From positions 2,112,001 to 2,176,000 of the forward strand of contig OY969767.1 in NCBI GenBank assembly GCA_963702895.1: a DNA stretch of 64,000 nt, in the 5' to 3' direction. The position numbers and the translations under genes were made by a program. The stretch is from an uncultured Elusimicrobia bacterium. GTDB lineage: Bacteria > Elusimicrobiota > Elusimicrobia > 2-01-FULL-59-12. Below the pieces are notes generated by a model. That model was not told the DNA's origin. It saw only the letters and a list, made by a program, of their open reading frames with translations, and did not search any database. Of the stretch, positions 19,214 to 29,845 are shown piece after piece. Positions within the stretch are counted from its first letter, which is position 1. Each line of letters starts with the position of its first letter.

Positions 19214-20209
19214 TCAGCGAACATAGCCGTTGGCCTTAAACCAGGCGACCGCTTTTTGGAGGGCACTCTCGATGGGGGCTTGAGCAAGGCCCAGCTCACG
19301 GACCGCTTTGGATGCATCGTAATACATGGGTTCGTGAGACATCCGCACGCCGTCCAAAGGAATCGCTGGATCCAGACCCGTCACGTAGGACAATCCCGTG
19401 CTCAGGGCACCGGCCAGGTATGCGATGGGGTAGGGAATTCTGATTCTGGGAGCGGGCCTGCCCGCGATTTTGGCCAGCGTTCCCAAAAAGTCTTTGAGGC
19501 TCATATTTTGGTGTCCCAAAATGTAACGCTCACCGATTTTCCCCCTCTCGGCGGCCAGCCAATGACCGAGCGCGACATCTTCGACATCAATGAAATTGAG
19601 CCCCGTCTCGACATAACCGGGCATTTTACCGTTGAGGAAATCGACGATCATTTTCCCGGTGGGTGTAGGCTTGATGTCGCGCGAGCCGACCGGGGTGGAA
19701 GGATTGACCAGGACGATCGGAAGCCCCTGCCGAGCAAATTCCCGGGCCAGCTGATCGGAGGCGAACTTCGAACGTTTGTACGGACCGATCAGCTCCTCCG
19801 GCCGAGGGTCCAACTCTTCACGGCCGATACCCAAATGCCCATGTTCATGCGGCCGGCCGACCGCGGAGACGCTCGAGGTATAGACGATCTTCGTCAGCTT
19901 CGCATCGGCGGCCGCTTGGAGGAGCGCCCGAGTCCCTTCGACATTGGTCCGTATCATCTCTTCGGGGTGTCTCGCCCATAAACGATAGTCGGCGGCCACA
20001 TGAAAGAGCGCATCGCAATCCCGCAGGGCCACTCGAAGCGACGGAGTATCGCGAAGGTCCCCGATGACATAGTCCACATCAAGACCCGCAAGATTGGCGC
20101 GCTCAGAGCCCGCGCGAAGGAGGCAGCGCACCTTGATTTTTCGGGCCAACAGGACCCGTACCACATGGCTCCCAATGAAACCTGTGCCACCGGTGACGAG
20201 CGTTTTCAT
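19214..20209 (-). CDS. hpnA: Hopanoid-associated NAD-dependent sugar epimerase
   Basis: TGGTGFIG, FHVAADYRLW, YKRSK, DIKPTPTG; follows shc. Confidence 0.92.
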   Translation of the reverse strand: MKTLVTGGTGFIGSHVVRVLLARKIKVRCLLRAGSERANLAGLDVDYVIGDLRDTPSLRVALRDCDALFHVAADYRLWARHPEEMIRTNVEGTRALLQAAADAKLTKIVYTSSVSAVGRPHEHGHLGIGREELDPRPEELIGPYKRSKFASDQLAREFARQGLPIVLVNPSTPVGSRDIKPTPTGKMIVDFLNGKMPGYVETGLNFIDVEDVALGHWLAAERGKIGERYILGHQNMSLKDFLGTLAKIAGRPAPRIRIPYPIAYLAGALSTGLSYVTGLDPAIPLDGVRMSHEPMYYDASKAVRELGLAQAPIESALQKAVAWFKANGYVR

Positions 20210-20218
20210 GGAAAAAGG

Positions 20219-22369
20219 CTAGACCGCTTCAGGCTGGAGTGCGGGCGACATGGATTTTCGGCGGGGTCGTGCGGCCCGATGGAGCCGCTGGAACATCCCT
20301 AAAGCAAGAAGCGGAAAATAATGACGGTAGAAGGTGTACTCAAGATAGAACACTTTGGGGAATCCAGTGCCTGTAAACTCCGTTTCATCCCATGTGCCGT
20401 CTTCTTTTTGTGTTGCCAAGAGATAGCGAATGGCGCGTTCCACCGCAGGGTCCCCCAAGAGGCCGCAAGAAAGAAACGCCATCAGCGCCCATGCCGTTTG
20501 GCTGGGCGTGGAAGGACCCTTCCCCTTGCGCTTGGGGTCTTCATAGGTGTCACAGCGCTCCCCCCAGCCGCCGTCCGATTGCTGCACGCTCCTTAACCAG
20601 GCGAGCGCGTTCTGAAGATAGGGCTCGTTGGGGCTTTCACCAATGCAGGTGAGGCCCCTGACCGCCTGCCAGGTGCCGTAGAGGTAATTCACACCCCATC
20701 GGCCATACCACGAACCATCCGCTTCCTGCTCCTGCTTGAGGAACGCAATCGCCCGCTGCACGGGGGGATAGGTCTTGTCATAGCCGACGAGGCCCAGCGT
20801 TTCCAGAACGCGCGCTGTGATATCCGCCGTCGGTGGATCGATCATCGCGTTGTGATCGGCAAAAGGGATGTAGGTAAAGATGGCCTTGGTATTGTCCACA
20901 TCGAAGGCCGCCCAGCCGCCGTTGGAGCTCTGCATGGACATCAGCCAATTGAGTCCTCGTAAGAAAGCTTTCTCCCGCGCCTGGCTGAAAGGGTCCTCGA
21001 GTTTGACATGACGCAGCGCCAAAAGCACCATGGCCGTATCGTCAATATCGGGATACCAGGCGTTTTCATTCTCAAACGCCCAACCGCCCACAGGCCCGGT
21101 GGTATTCTTAACGCGCCAATCTCCCGCAATTTTGATTTCTTTGTCGATGATCCAGCGCGTCGCTCGCACAAGCGCCGGGTGATCGGCCCTCAAGCCGGAC
21201 TCCGCCAACGCGAGCACCGATATCGCCGTGTCCCATATGGGAGACACGCAGGGCTGCATCTCCAGCCCCTGCTCGCCGCGATCGAGATAGAATTTCTCGA
21301 GCTCCGTCAGATTCTTTCGGAGAACGGGGTGATCCTCACGGTGCCCCAGCGCTTTGAGCGCCAAGATCGTGTTGAGCATCGCCGGAAAAATGGCGGCCAG
21401 ACCTTCCGAATGTTCGTTGTGCTCGAGCATCCATTTTTCCGCGCGCTTCAGGGCCCAGTTGCGCAGGAAGTAAGGACCCTGGCCTTCGAAATCCTTTAAG
21501 AAAGAATCGACTTCAAGGAAAAATTTACGCCAGGAAAAAAACCCTTCTGGGGGATTGAACTGTTCCCCCCCCACGGGCACCCAGGCTGGCGTGCCTTCCG
21601 GAAAAAGCTCATCAATTCGGCCGTTATCGTGCAGCCTGTAACGTGGACGTTTCGACCAGACAATCGACAGGGGAATGACGATGGCTCGCGTCCAGGAAGA
21701 CATTTCGAAAATATTGAAATAAAACCAGCTCGGGAAGAACATGAGTTCGGGCACAATCGCGGGCACCCCGCCCCAATCATAAAGACCAAAAAGGGCCAAA
21801 TAGAACTTGGTGTAGGAGTTGACTTTGTGGATGCCGCCGTGGTTAAAAATGCATTGGCGTGCGCGCGCCAGCGGTTCTTCCTCGGCCCGGTGTCCAGCAA
21901 GTTTGAGCGCCCAATACGACTTAAACGTTGCGGAAATATCACTGGGACCATGGCGGTAAATGGGCCAGCCCCCATCCGGATTCTGGCCGCTTAAGATAAA
22001 CCTGGCCATCCTCTGGATTTTTTCCTTGTAAGCTGGGCGGTCTTGCCAGCCCAGAATAATGTAGAGCATGATCATGTCGCTCTCAAGCGTCGTGTCCGCG
22101 CGCAAATGGGCCGACCAGAAACCTTCCAGTGGATGCTGCTTCTGGAGAAGCCACTTCTGGGCTTTCTCAATCGTCTGTCTTAATTGATAGGTGGTGGGCT
22201 CATCTTCGGCTTGAACACCGGGGTTACGGGCTGGAAAGATTTTGTCCCAGTGACGAGGTTTCTTGAAAAGCTCTTTCCGGGAAAGACCCGGAATGAAGCG
22301 GGCGGCGTTCCTTTCCAGGATGTCGCCATTGACATAGGAAACGATCTCGGAAACGACCTTTCGAACCAT
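20219..22369 (-). CDS. shc: Squalene-hopene cyclase
   Basis: DIDDTA catalytic motif, QW repeats (QxxxGGW), QPCVSPIWDT, WYGRWGVNY, FTGTGFPKVFYL. Confidence 0.97.
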   Translation of the reverse strand: MVRKVVSEIVSYVNGDILERNAARFIPGLSRKELFKKPRHWDKIFPARNPGVQAEDEPTTYQLRQTIEKAQKWLLQKQHPLEGFWSAHLRADTTLESDMIMLYIILGWQDRPAYKEKIQRMARFILSGQNPDGGWPIYRHGPSDISATFKSYWALKLAGHRAEEEPLARARQCIFNHGGIHKVNSYTKFYLALFGLYDWGGVPAIVPELMFFPSWFYFNIFEMSSWTRAIVIPLSIVWSKRPRYRLHDNGRIDELFPEGTPAWVPVGGEQFNPPEGFFSWRKFFLEVDSFLKDFEGQGPYFLRNWALKRAEKWMLEHNEHSEGLAAIFPAMLNTILALKALGHREDHPVLRKNLTELEKFYLDRGEQGLEMQPCVSPIWDTAISVLALAESGLRADHPALVRATRWIIDKEIKIAGDWRVKNTTGPVGGWAFENENAWYPDIDDTAMVLLALRHVKLEDPFSQAREKAFLRGLNWLMSMQSSNGGWAAFDVDNTKAIFTYIPFADHNAMIDPPTADITARVLETLGLVGYDKTYPPVQRAIAFLKQEQEADGSWYGRWGVNYLYGTWQAVRGLTCIGESPNEPYLQNALAWLRSVQQSDGGWGERCDTYEDPKRKGKGPSTPSQTAWALMAFLSCGLLGDPAVERAIRYLLATQKEDGTWDETEFTGTGFPKVFYLEYTFYRHYFPLLALGMFQRLHRAARPRRKSMSPALQPEAV

Positions 22370-22391
22370 ACTTTATTGTGTCACTCCGGGA

Positions 22392-23561
22392 CTAGCCGCG
22401 TCCAGCGCCTACGACTTCATGTTCCTCTTCCGTCTTTTTGGACGATTGGGCCGGCGAGGGCGAGTCGTGGCTTAAAACCGGCAGAGTCCGCATTGGGGCG
22501 CGGGGATTCGCGCTCGATTTGGGTTTGGACCATCCGAGGGTGTCCATGAAAGACTTCCACATGTTCCGGACGCTCGCCGTGGAATCCAGGACTGCGGTCG
22601 GCTCATAGCCGCAATGCACCATGCAGTCAGCGCAGCGTGGGTCACGGCCCGTGCCGTACTGGTCCCAGTCGACTGTTTCCATGAGCTCTTGGAAGGTTTT
22701 GGCATAGCCATCGGACATCAGATAGCAGGGCTTCTGCCAGCCAAAAACGTTGCGGGTGGGATTGCCCCAGGGGGTGCACTGATAGTCCTTGTCCCCGCTC
22801 AAAAAATCGAGGAAGAAGGAGGAGTGATTAAACTTCCAGCTCTTACGCCGCTGGGGGCTGACCTGGTCCGTCGAGGGCTGCAGGATCTGGCGGAAAAGCT
22901 CCTTCGTACGCCGGCGCTGCAGGAAGTGTTCCTGGTCTGGGGCCTTCTGATAGGGATAGCCCGGAGAGACCATGATGCCGTCGATTTCAAGCTCGTGGGT
23001 GAGGAAGTCAAAAAACTCGTGAAATTCTTCCGGCTGTTCACCTTCAAAGACGGTGCTGTTGGTCGTGACACGGAAGCCTTTGGCCTTGGCGGCCCTGATG
23101 GCGCTCACCGCGGTCTTAAACACCCCTTGGCGGCAGACGAGACGGTCGTGCGTCGCTTCCAAACCGTCCAGGTGAATGCTTAAAGTCAGATAGGGTGACG
23201 GCGTAAACTCGTGCAGACGCTTCTCCAGAAGGATGGCGTTGGTGCAAAGATAAACGAACTTTCGGCGCTTGACGAGTTCCGCCACAATCGTGGGCATCTC
23301 AGGATGGATGAGGGGCTCCCCTCCAGGGATGGAAACGACGGGAACACCGCACTCTTCGACCGCCTCAAGGCATTCCTGGACCGAGAGCCGCTTCTTGAGA
23401 ATCTCTTCGGGAAACTGGATCTTGCCGCAGCCGGCGCATTCGAGGTTGCAGCGGAAAAGGGGCTCGAGCATCAGCACGAGGGGATAACGCTTCGTCCCCA
23501 AGAGGCGATGCTTCATGACATAGGCCCCCACTTTAAGGCTTTGCAAGGCTGAAAGTCCCAT
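22392..23561 (-). CDS. hpnH: Adenosyl-hopene transferase (radical SAM)
   Basis: [44 protein letters not shown]. Confidence 0.95.
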   Translation of the reverse strand: MGLSALQSLKVGAYVMKHRLLGTKRYPLVLMLEPLFRCNLECAGCGKIQFPEEILKKRLSVQECLEAVEECGVPVVSIPGGEPLIHPEMPTIVAELVKRRKFVYLCTNAILLEKRLHEFTPSPYLTLSIHLDGLEATHDRLVCRQGVFKTAVSAIRAAKAKGFRVTTNSTVFEGEQPEEFHEFFDFLTHELEIDGIMVSPGYPYQKAPDQEHFLQRRRTKELFRQILQPSTDQVSPQRRKSWKFNHSSFFLDFLSGDKDYQCTPWGNPTRNVFGWQKPCYLMSDGYAKTFQELMETVDWDQYGTGRDPRCADCMVHCGYEPTAVLDSTASVRNMWKSFMDTLGWSKPKSSANPRAPMRTLPVLSHDSPSPAQSSKKTEEEHEVVGAGRG

Positions 23562-23621
23562 GGTTTCTCCTCAAAATAAAGGAACCGCAAGCCAAGTCGC
23601 CAGCGGTTCAATTCGGCTGAT

Positions 23622-23650
23622 ATGATACTCTGATATGGCCCGCAAGTCAA
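23622..23650 (-). promoter_or_regulatory. Sigma70-like promoter for the hopanoid operon
   Basis: TTGACT-N17-TATCAT on the minus strand, about 60 nt upstream of hpnH. Confidence 0.6.
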
Positions 23651-23697
23651 GCCAGGAACATATTGATATATAGAGTCGTTTTGACTAAACTCGATGC

Positions 23698-24297
23698 TTA
23701 CGTATTCTTGACGAGGATGTCGGAGAGGATGTCGGCGGCCTCGTCCCCGCGGTCGGCCGCGTTGGAGAGATGGCGGTAGATCTCGCGCATCTTGATGATC
23801 ATGACGACATCGGTGGTTTTGAAGAGCTTCGCCAGGGCCTCGCGGTAGAGGTGCTCGATGTGGTTCTCGGACTTCTTGGCCAGGATAATGTGCTCCTGCA
23901 TCCCGCCGGGCATGCGCCGGAGGCATTCCACCGCCATCGCGATTTCGCGCGCGCCGTCGTAGAGGGCTTCCGCCATCTGGACGAGGTAAGGGTTGGTGGG
24001 GGCGCCAAAGAGCATCATTTCCTCCACCGTGCTGTTGGCATAATCGATCATGTCATCGATGCTACGCGACAAGGCAAAGATGTCTTCGCGATCCAGGGGA
24101 GTCACCAGGGTGCGGTTGAGCGCGTCAATGAGCCGGCGCCGGAGTTCATCGGCGTCTTTTTCCGCCTTCTTCACCTGATTTCCCGACTCATCGCCAGGCA
24201 GGCGCACAAAATCGCAAAGAAGTTTCAGCCCCTGCTCGCTCATGCGGGCCTGGTCCAAAAGCATCTGGTAAAAGTCAAAACGCTTTCGAAACCACAT
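23698..24297 (-). CDS. DUF47 / PhoU-like phosphate transport regulator
   Basis: AEKDAD...TLVTPLDREDI..L....DD; next to pit. Confidence 0.9.
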   Translation of the reverse strand: MWFRKRFDFYQMLLDQARMSEQGLKLLCDFVRLPGDESGNQVKKAEKDADELRRRLIDALNRTLVTPLDREDIFALSRSIDDMIDYANSTVEEMMLFGAPTNPYLVQMAEALYDGAREIAMAVECLRRMPGGMQEHIILAKKSENHIEHLYREALAKLFKTTDVVMIIKMREIYRHLSNAADRGDEAADILSDILVKNT

Positions 24298-25279
24298 AAG
24301 AAATGGAAGCCGACAAAGCCCCCGCCATGGGAATGGTCAAGACCCAGGCCAGGCCAATCCCTCCCGCCAAATCCCAGCGTATGCCGCGAGGACGCACGGC
24401 CGCCCCCGCCCCGATCACCGAACCGGACATGACGTGGGTCGTGGACATCGGAAAACCGATCAGGGAACTCACGCCCACCAGGACCATCGACACACTTTCC
24501 GCGCAGAGCCCCTGTAATTCCTGCATCTTATAAAACCCCCTGCCCACGGTACGGACCGTCGGGCGCGATCCGAAAACGACACCCAGACCCAGCGTCATCC
24601 CGCAAAGAAGCGCGATCCAAACCGGGAGCGTCGCGTGCGTGACGGCCTGTCCTGAGGCCAAGAGCGCCAACACCACCAGGGCCAGGCTCTTTTGCCCGTC
24701 GTTGCTGCCGTGAACGAGGGAAATACCGGTCAGCGCCACCACGTGCAGGACACGCAAGAGTCCCGCGGCGGCGGGCGTCGCATACTGCCCGCTCCAGTAC
24801 AGCAGCCGGCAAAGAAGGTACCCCGCAACCATCGACACGAGCGGCACAACCGCCAGCGCGATGAGAACTTTGACCAGGACGGGCAGGCTCACTGCTTCCA
24901 GGCCGAAGCTCTGCCAAACGGCCCCGACGAGCCCCCCGAGGAGCGCGTGGCTCGACGAGCTGGGGAGCGACAGGCGCCACATCATCAAATTCCAGATGAG
25001 CGTCCCGAGCATCGCCGCCAGGAGCGTCCCCAACATCGTCGCGGCAGAAGCGGACGCGGGAAAGGCCATCATGCTGAAGCCCAGGACTCTCACCACGGCA
25101 CTGCCGAAGAGGAAGATCCCGACCACCTGACAAGCGGCCACCAGGCACAAGGCTGGAAAAGGTTCCATGACGCGTGTGATGACGACCGTGGAAACGATGC
25201 TTCCTCCGTCGAGGAAACCGTTGGTCAACACAAAGATGAAGATCAGCGTCAGGACCGCAATGAAAAGAGCCGTCGTCAT
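24275..25279 (-). CDS. pit: Inorganic phosphate transporter (Pit family)
   Basis: NGFLDG, LPSSSSHALLGG, HGSNDGQK, PMSTTH. Confidence 0.92.
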   Translation of the reverse strand: MTTALFIAVLTLIFIFVLTNGFLDGGSIVSTVVITRVMEPFPALCLVAACQVVGIFLFGSAVVRVLGFSMMAFPASASAATMLGTLLAAMLGTLIWNLMMWRLSLPSSSSHALLGGLVGAVWQSFGLEAVSLPVLVKVLIALAVVPLVSMVAGYLLCRLLYWSGQYATPAAAGLLRVLHVVALTGISLVHGSNDGQKSLALVVLALLASGQAVTHATLPVWIALLCGMTLGLGVVFGSRPTVRTVGRGFYKMQELQGLCAESVSMVLVGVSSLIGFPMSTTHVMSGSVIGAGAAVRPRGIRWDLAGGIGLAWVLTIPMAGALSASISYVVSKAF

Positions 25280-26559
25280 ACAACGGAGGCCGCATCCACA
25301 ATGCAGTTGCGGCCGGCGGCTTTGGCCGCGTAGAGCGCGCGGTCCGCCGCCGCGAGGATCGCCTCGGGCGAATCCCCGTCACCGGGGAAATGCGCGATGC
25401 CGATGGAGATGGTGACCGTCACGTTTTCCAGGCCGATCACGAAGGATTCGTTCGCGACGCGCTGACGGATTTGCTCCGCCTTCACTTTCAGGCCGGCCGG
25501 CTGCGAGCGCGGCAAAAGACACACAAATTCTTCCCCGCCAAAGCGTGCGATGACGTCCGTTTCATAGAGCCCCTGCTGCAGGCGCTCGGCAACGGTTTTG
25601 AGGACTTCATCGCCGACCTGGTGGCCGTAGTGATCGTTCAGACGCTTGAAAAAGTCGATATCAATCATCAAAAGGGAAAAGGTGGTGCGGAAGGAACGGG
25701 CCCGGGCCACTTCTTCTTTGAGACGCTCCTCGAACGGAGCGCGCCGGGAGAGACCGGTCAGGCCGTCCGTGCGTGAGCGGATGTCCAACTCACGATAAAG
25801 TTTGGCTTTGGCCATCGCAAAGATCAGCTGAACGGAGAAATTGGCCGCCTCCGACATCAAGGCGGGCTGCTGATCGGGGGCGATATCCGAAATACGAAGG
25901 ATCAATAATCCGATCCTTTCATGAAGCCGCCATAGCGGGATCCCCAACGCCCAGACGCTTCGGCCAGCATCCGTACCCGTCTGAGGGATAAACGTATGCA
26001 AGTAAGGTTCTTTTTTAGGAAGGTCTTCCGCACGCGGATCCGAGGTCACACCACGCCTCTGCACGAGCTGGAGGTCCCCTGTTTCATCGGTTAAGTACAA
26101 GGTCCAACCCTCGGCCCGGAAAAAGTGCTTGATGGCCTTATCCAGGCTGGGAAACATCTCCTCCCAGGAGGTGGATTCGGCCAGACGCTTGACGAGTTCA
26201 TACTGTTTGAGCCCCTGGTCGACCTCCGTCACTTTGACGGCAATGCGGCTTTTAAGGTCTTCCACGACTCCTTTAATCTGCTGGTGCTTTTCCTCCGCCT
26301 CCGCGCGATCTTTCGCAATGCGATTCTGCCACTCCCGTTGCGCAAATACCCAGCGCAAAGATATACCCAGCGTCGCCATCGCCGCCAGGGCCTCGACGGC
26401 AAGCACCCCAGCGTCTGCGGCCCGCAGGATCAGAATGAACACCCAGCCACCCAGGAGCAAAAAGACGCTGAGGATCCACCCCATCATCCCGCCCGCGTAG
26501 ACGATGCCCAGGGTGAGCACAATTCCGACCGCAAAGAGGCATGAAGAGAGTCCGCTCAC
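25276..26559 (-). CDS. Membrane diguanylate cyclase (TM, coiled coil, GAF-like, GGDEF)
   Basis: DGLTGL, DIDFFK, NDHYGH, RFGGEEF; no RxxD I-site (YETD). Confidence 0.9.
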   Translation of the reverse strand: MSGLSSCLFAVGIVLTLGIVYAGGMMGWILSVFLLLGGWVFILILRAADAGVLAVEALAAMATLGISLRWVFAQREWQNRIAKDRAEAEEKHQQIKGVVEDLKSRIAVKVTEVDQGLKQYELVKRLAESTSWEEMFPSLDKAIKHFFRAEGWTLYLTDETGDLQLVQRRGVTSDPRAEDLPKKEPYLHTFIPQTGTDAGRSVWALGIPLWRLHERIGLLILRISDIAPDQQPALMSEAANFSVQLIFAMAKAKLYRELDIRSRTDGLTGLSRRAPFEERLKEEVARARSFRTTFSLLMIDIDFFKRLNDHYGHQVGDEVLKTVAERLQQGLYETDVIARFGGEEFVCLLPRSQPAGLKVKAEQIRQRVANESFVIGLENVTVTISIGIAHFPGDGDSPEAILAAADRALYAAKAAGRNCIVDAASVV

Positions 26560-26626
26560 CCCACCACCTCATTTTGGCGCAGAGCGTCGTATGGCGGCAG
26601 CGAACAGGCGTCAAGAGGTGGCGGGG

Positions 26627-27967
26627 TCATCCGATCACCCTATTGCGACCGCTCTCCTTCGCCTGGTAGAGCCTGTAATCCGCAACCCGTAAGAGTTGAC
26701 TCGCAATCGTCGCTTCCTGTGGAAAGTGGGAGAGTCCAATGGAGATCGTGACCCTTTCCTGCGTCGCGGGGTCCGAGCCGAATTGGAAAACCTCCATTTG
26801 AATCGCTTGACGGATCCCTTCTGCGATCTCTCGTGCCTGAACCAAATTCACCTGAGGAACAATCAGGACGAACTCTTCCCCCCCATAACGCGCCAGGATG
26901 TCGACAGGACGCGAGAGCCTCCCCAACAGCTGGGCAAAACGCACGAGGACCTGGTCGCCCGCCGCATGACCGTAGGTGTCGTTGTAGCGCTTGAAATGAT
27001 CGATATCCATCATCAAGAGACAAAATTCGGTCTGGTAGCGTCCGGCTCGCAGAATTTCCTCCGCGAGGCGTTCATCAAAGAACTTTCTGGTATAGAGCGC
27101 CGTCAGATTGTCTCGGACAGCCCCTTCCTGGAGCTTCGCGAGCAATTGAAGGTTCTCCAGCGCGAGGGACGCCATGAGGGAGAGCGCTTCCAGGATGCGC
27201 AGGTCCCCCACGGAAAACATCTGGGGTTCAAAGCCGTTCAGTCGTACGATCCCCACGAGTTGCCGAGCAACCATAATCGGGGCGGCCAGAATGGAACGCA
27301 CCTCATTGCCAGCGCGGACCGTCTTGAACCGGCCATCCTGCGCAAGGTCTGTCACCAGGAGCGCCAGTTTTCGCTCCATGAGCCACCGGTCCATGGGGTC
27401 ACGGGGCGATGCTCCTGCGAAATAGTGGATGGTCCCCTTGCCAATAATGGAACGGACAAACTCCATGAGACGCTGGCGCACCATGATGGGGTCCAAGAGA
27501 CTTGCCAGCTGTTGAACGGCGTCGAAAAGATGACGCCTCAAGGCCGCCTGCTTGCCAAGGTCCGTCAGGCGTTTATCGAGGCTTTCTCTTTCCTTGTGAA
27601 GGGCCAGCGTCGCATTTTGCCTTTCGTTGACCACTTCATTGAAGGTGCGCTCATTTTCCGCCGCCCGTGAGTTAAAACGCTGGATCATGTAGACCGCGGC
27701 CCATAAGAGAACGATGTGCACGGCGATCCAAGGTTTATCGCGGCTTTCGACCACCCCCACACCACCGAACTCGATGAGCGTGACGAGCATCCCAAAGACC
27801 GCCGCCATTTCCATCGAGACCAGCACCGCCGTCGTGAGCACGAACGTGAAAAAGAGGAGAGCGATTAAGGGATATTGATTGGGAAGTGTGAAAAGGAGAA
27901 TGGACAGGCCAAAAAACAGCAAAAGGCCCGGGACAAGAAACATCGCGCTTTTTCGCTGGACATGCAC
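26627..27967 (-). CDS. Membrane GAF-GGDEF diguanylate cyclase
   Basis: N-terminal TMs, GAF (RSILAAPI), RPVD I-site, RYGGEEF. Confidence 0.92.
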   Translation of the reverse strand: MHVQRKSAMFLVPGLLLFFGLSILLFTLPNQYPLIALLFFTFVLTTAVLVSMEMAAVFGMLVTLIEFGGVGVVESRDKPWIAVHIVLLWAAVYMIQRFNSRAAENERTFNEVVNERQNATLALHKERESLDKRLTDLGKQAALRRHLFDAVQQLASLLDPIMVRQRLMEFVRSIIGKGTIHYFAGASPRDPMDRWLMERKLALLVTDLAQDGRFKTVRAGNEVRSILAAPIMVARQLVGIVRLNGFEPQMFSVGDLRILEALSLMASLALENLQLLAKLQEGAVRDNLTALYTRKFFDERLAEEILRAGRYQTEFCLLMMDIDHFKRYNDTYGHAAGDQVLVRFAQLLGRLSRPVDILARYGGEEFVLIVPQVNLVQAREIAEGIRQAIQMEVFQFGSDPATQERVTISIGLSHFPQEATIASQLLRVADYRLYQAKESGRNRVIG

Positions 27968-28016
27968 GTGTTGCGTTTAACATGAACAGGCTTAGAAATC
28001 AACAGGAATTTGTATT

Positions 28017-28109
28017 CGTCCGAGGTCCGACGTCCGGGACCTTGGTCCTAAACCAGCATGGATTTTTTCGGATGCTGCCGTTGGGTCGCAGGACGTCGAA
28101 CGTCGGACG
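28017..28109. repeat. Inverted heptamer arrays (gtccgac / gtcggac)
   Basis: gtccgag gtccgac gtccggg ... ggacgtc gaacgtc ggacg; same unit as 41990-42073. Confidence 0.6.
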
Positions 28110-28110
28110 A

Positions 28111-29829
28111 CTATGAGGCGGTTTTCTGAAGATGCTGGCGGACGAAGGTTTCGAAGGCCTGGGCCGGTAAGGGATTGGTCAGGTGATAGCCTTGGATGAT
28201 GTCGCATTGATTCGCGCGGAGAAGATTTTCCTGCTCTTTCGTCTCGACACCCTCCGCGACCACGCTTAACTTTAAGCTGTGCGCGAGCACAATCACCGTA
28301 TTGGCGATGGCAGCGGCACTGGGATCGGTGGTCATGTCCCGGACAAACGATTGATCAATCTTAAGCGTCTGGATTGGAAACTTCTTAAGGTAGCTCAAGG
28401 AGGAATAGCCCGTGCCAAAGTCATCCAGAGCGACCCGGACACCCATCTCTTTCAAATGACGCAGAACGACATTCGTGTAATCCGCGTTTTGCATGACCGC
28501 CCCTTCGGTGATCTCGAGCTCCAGCCACCTCGGATCGAGGCCCGTTTCCTTTAAAATGCGCGCGACCACATCGGCCAACCCGGGCGTTTGGAACTGGCGC
28601 GCTGAGATATTGACCGCCACGCTCATGGGTGGCAGTCCCGCTTTCTGCCACGCCTTATTCTGGGCGCAGGCCGTCCTCAAGACCCAGTCGCCCAACTGCG
28701 TAATCAGGCCGATCTCTTCGGCAATCCCGACAAACTCATCCGGATACACGATGCCCAGGTCCGGATGCTGCCAGCGCAGAAGGGCTTCGGTTCCCACAAT
28801 GGAAGACTGACGGATATCCATTTGGGGCTGGTAATGAATAAGGAATTCTTTTCGTTCGACGCCCTTGCGCAGGCTGTTTTCGAGGGCGAGCCTTTCAAAG
28901 GCCCGAGAATTCATCGCGGGCGTGTAAAGCTGATAATTGTTTCTCCCCTGCTCCTTGGCGCGGTAGAGCGCCGTGTCCGCATTGCGCAGAAGCGTATCGG
29001 CATCCTCGCCGTCATAGGGGTAGAGCGTGATGCCAATACTCATCGTGACATGCAGCTCATTGTTCCCAAAGTGAAAGGGCGGTTTGATGGCATCAATGAC
29101 CCGCTGGGCCACCCGCACGGCCCGGTCGGCGCGATTGATCTGGGGCAACAAGATGACAAACTCATCACCGCCCAGCCTCGCCAACGTGTCTCCTTCCTCT
29201 AAGCTGGCTTGAAGACGTTCCGCCACGCCTCGCAACAGTTGGTCCCCCATCGTGTGCCCGAGCGTGTCCACGATGGTCTTAAAGCGGTCCAGGTCCACAA
29301 AAAGCACCGCCAGCATCTTGCGGTTGCGTCCCGCCTGCGCGAGCGCGACGCTCAGCCGGTCACGGAAGGTGGTCCGGTTCGGGAGGTCCGTCAGGAGATC
29401 GTAATGGGCCTGGCGTTCGATGGTGACTTCGGCCCGTTTGTGGTCTCGCCGCACCTCCGCTTCGCGCAGCTCGCGGAAAATCGCGGGACAAAGGCGCGTC
29501 AGGTTGTCTTTCATCACATAATCCTGGACGCCCGCTTGCATCGCGGCGGCCGCAAGATGCTCGGAGATCTTTCGCGAGACGATGAAAAACGGGATGTCAT
29601 ACCCGTTCTCCCTCATCAAGTCATAGGCTTCCAGACCTGCGAAATGAGGCAGTTGGTATTCCGCAACAACGATATCCCAGGGTTGCCGGGCCAGGGACAT
29701 CTCCATCTCAGACCCTGTGGTCACGCGTTCAAAAACAGGATCGAAGCCACCCTTCTTCAGTTCCTGAAGAAGCTGTTGCGTATCGTCTTCAGAATCTTCC
29801 ACAAGGAGCAAGCGCAGTGGGGTAGCCAT
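28111..29829 (-). CDS. REC-GGDEF-EAL protein
   Basis: Receiver domain (LLVEDSEDD), RLGGDEF, EALLRW, DDFGTGYSS, VAEGVE; start at ATG 29829. Confidence 0.93.
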   Translation of the reverse strand: MATPLRLLLVEDSEDDTQQLLQELKKGGFDPVFERVTTGSEMEMSLARQPWDIVVAEYQLPHFAGLEAYDLMRENGYDIPFFIVSRKISEHLAAAAMQAGVQDYVMKDNLTRLCPAIFRELREAEVRRDHKRAEVTIERQAHYDLLTDLPNRTTFRDRLSVALAQAGRNRKMLAVLFVDLDRFKTIVDTLGHTMGDQLLRGVAERLQASLEEGDTLARLGGDEFVILLPQINRADRAVRVAQRVIDAIKPPFHFGNNELHVTMSIGITLYPYDGEDADTLLRNADTALYRAKEQGRNNYQLYTPAMNSRAFERLALENSLRKGVERKEFLIHYQPQMDIRQSSIVGTEALLRWQHPDLGIVYPDEFVGIAEEIGLITQLGDWVLRTACAQNKAWQKAGLPPMSVAVNISARQFQTPGLADVVARILKETGLDPRWLELEITEGAVMQNADYTNVVLRHLKEMGVRVALDDFGTGYSSLSYLKKFPIQTLKIDQSFVRDMTTDPSAAAIANTVIVLAHSLKLSVVAEGVETKEQENLLRANQCDIIQGYHLTNPLPAQAFETFVRQHLQKTAS

Positions 29830-29845
29830 AGAGGGTACAACCGTA

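Noticed and set aside
18460..19317. Single 285-aa ORF taken as intact hpnG
   Set aside because: Its N-terminus overlaps hpnA and a repeat, and its C-terminus looks out of frame; reinterpreted as GTG 19152 with a frameshift.
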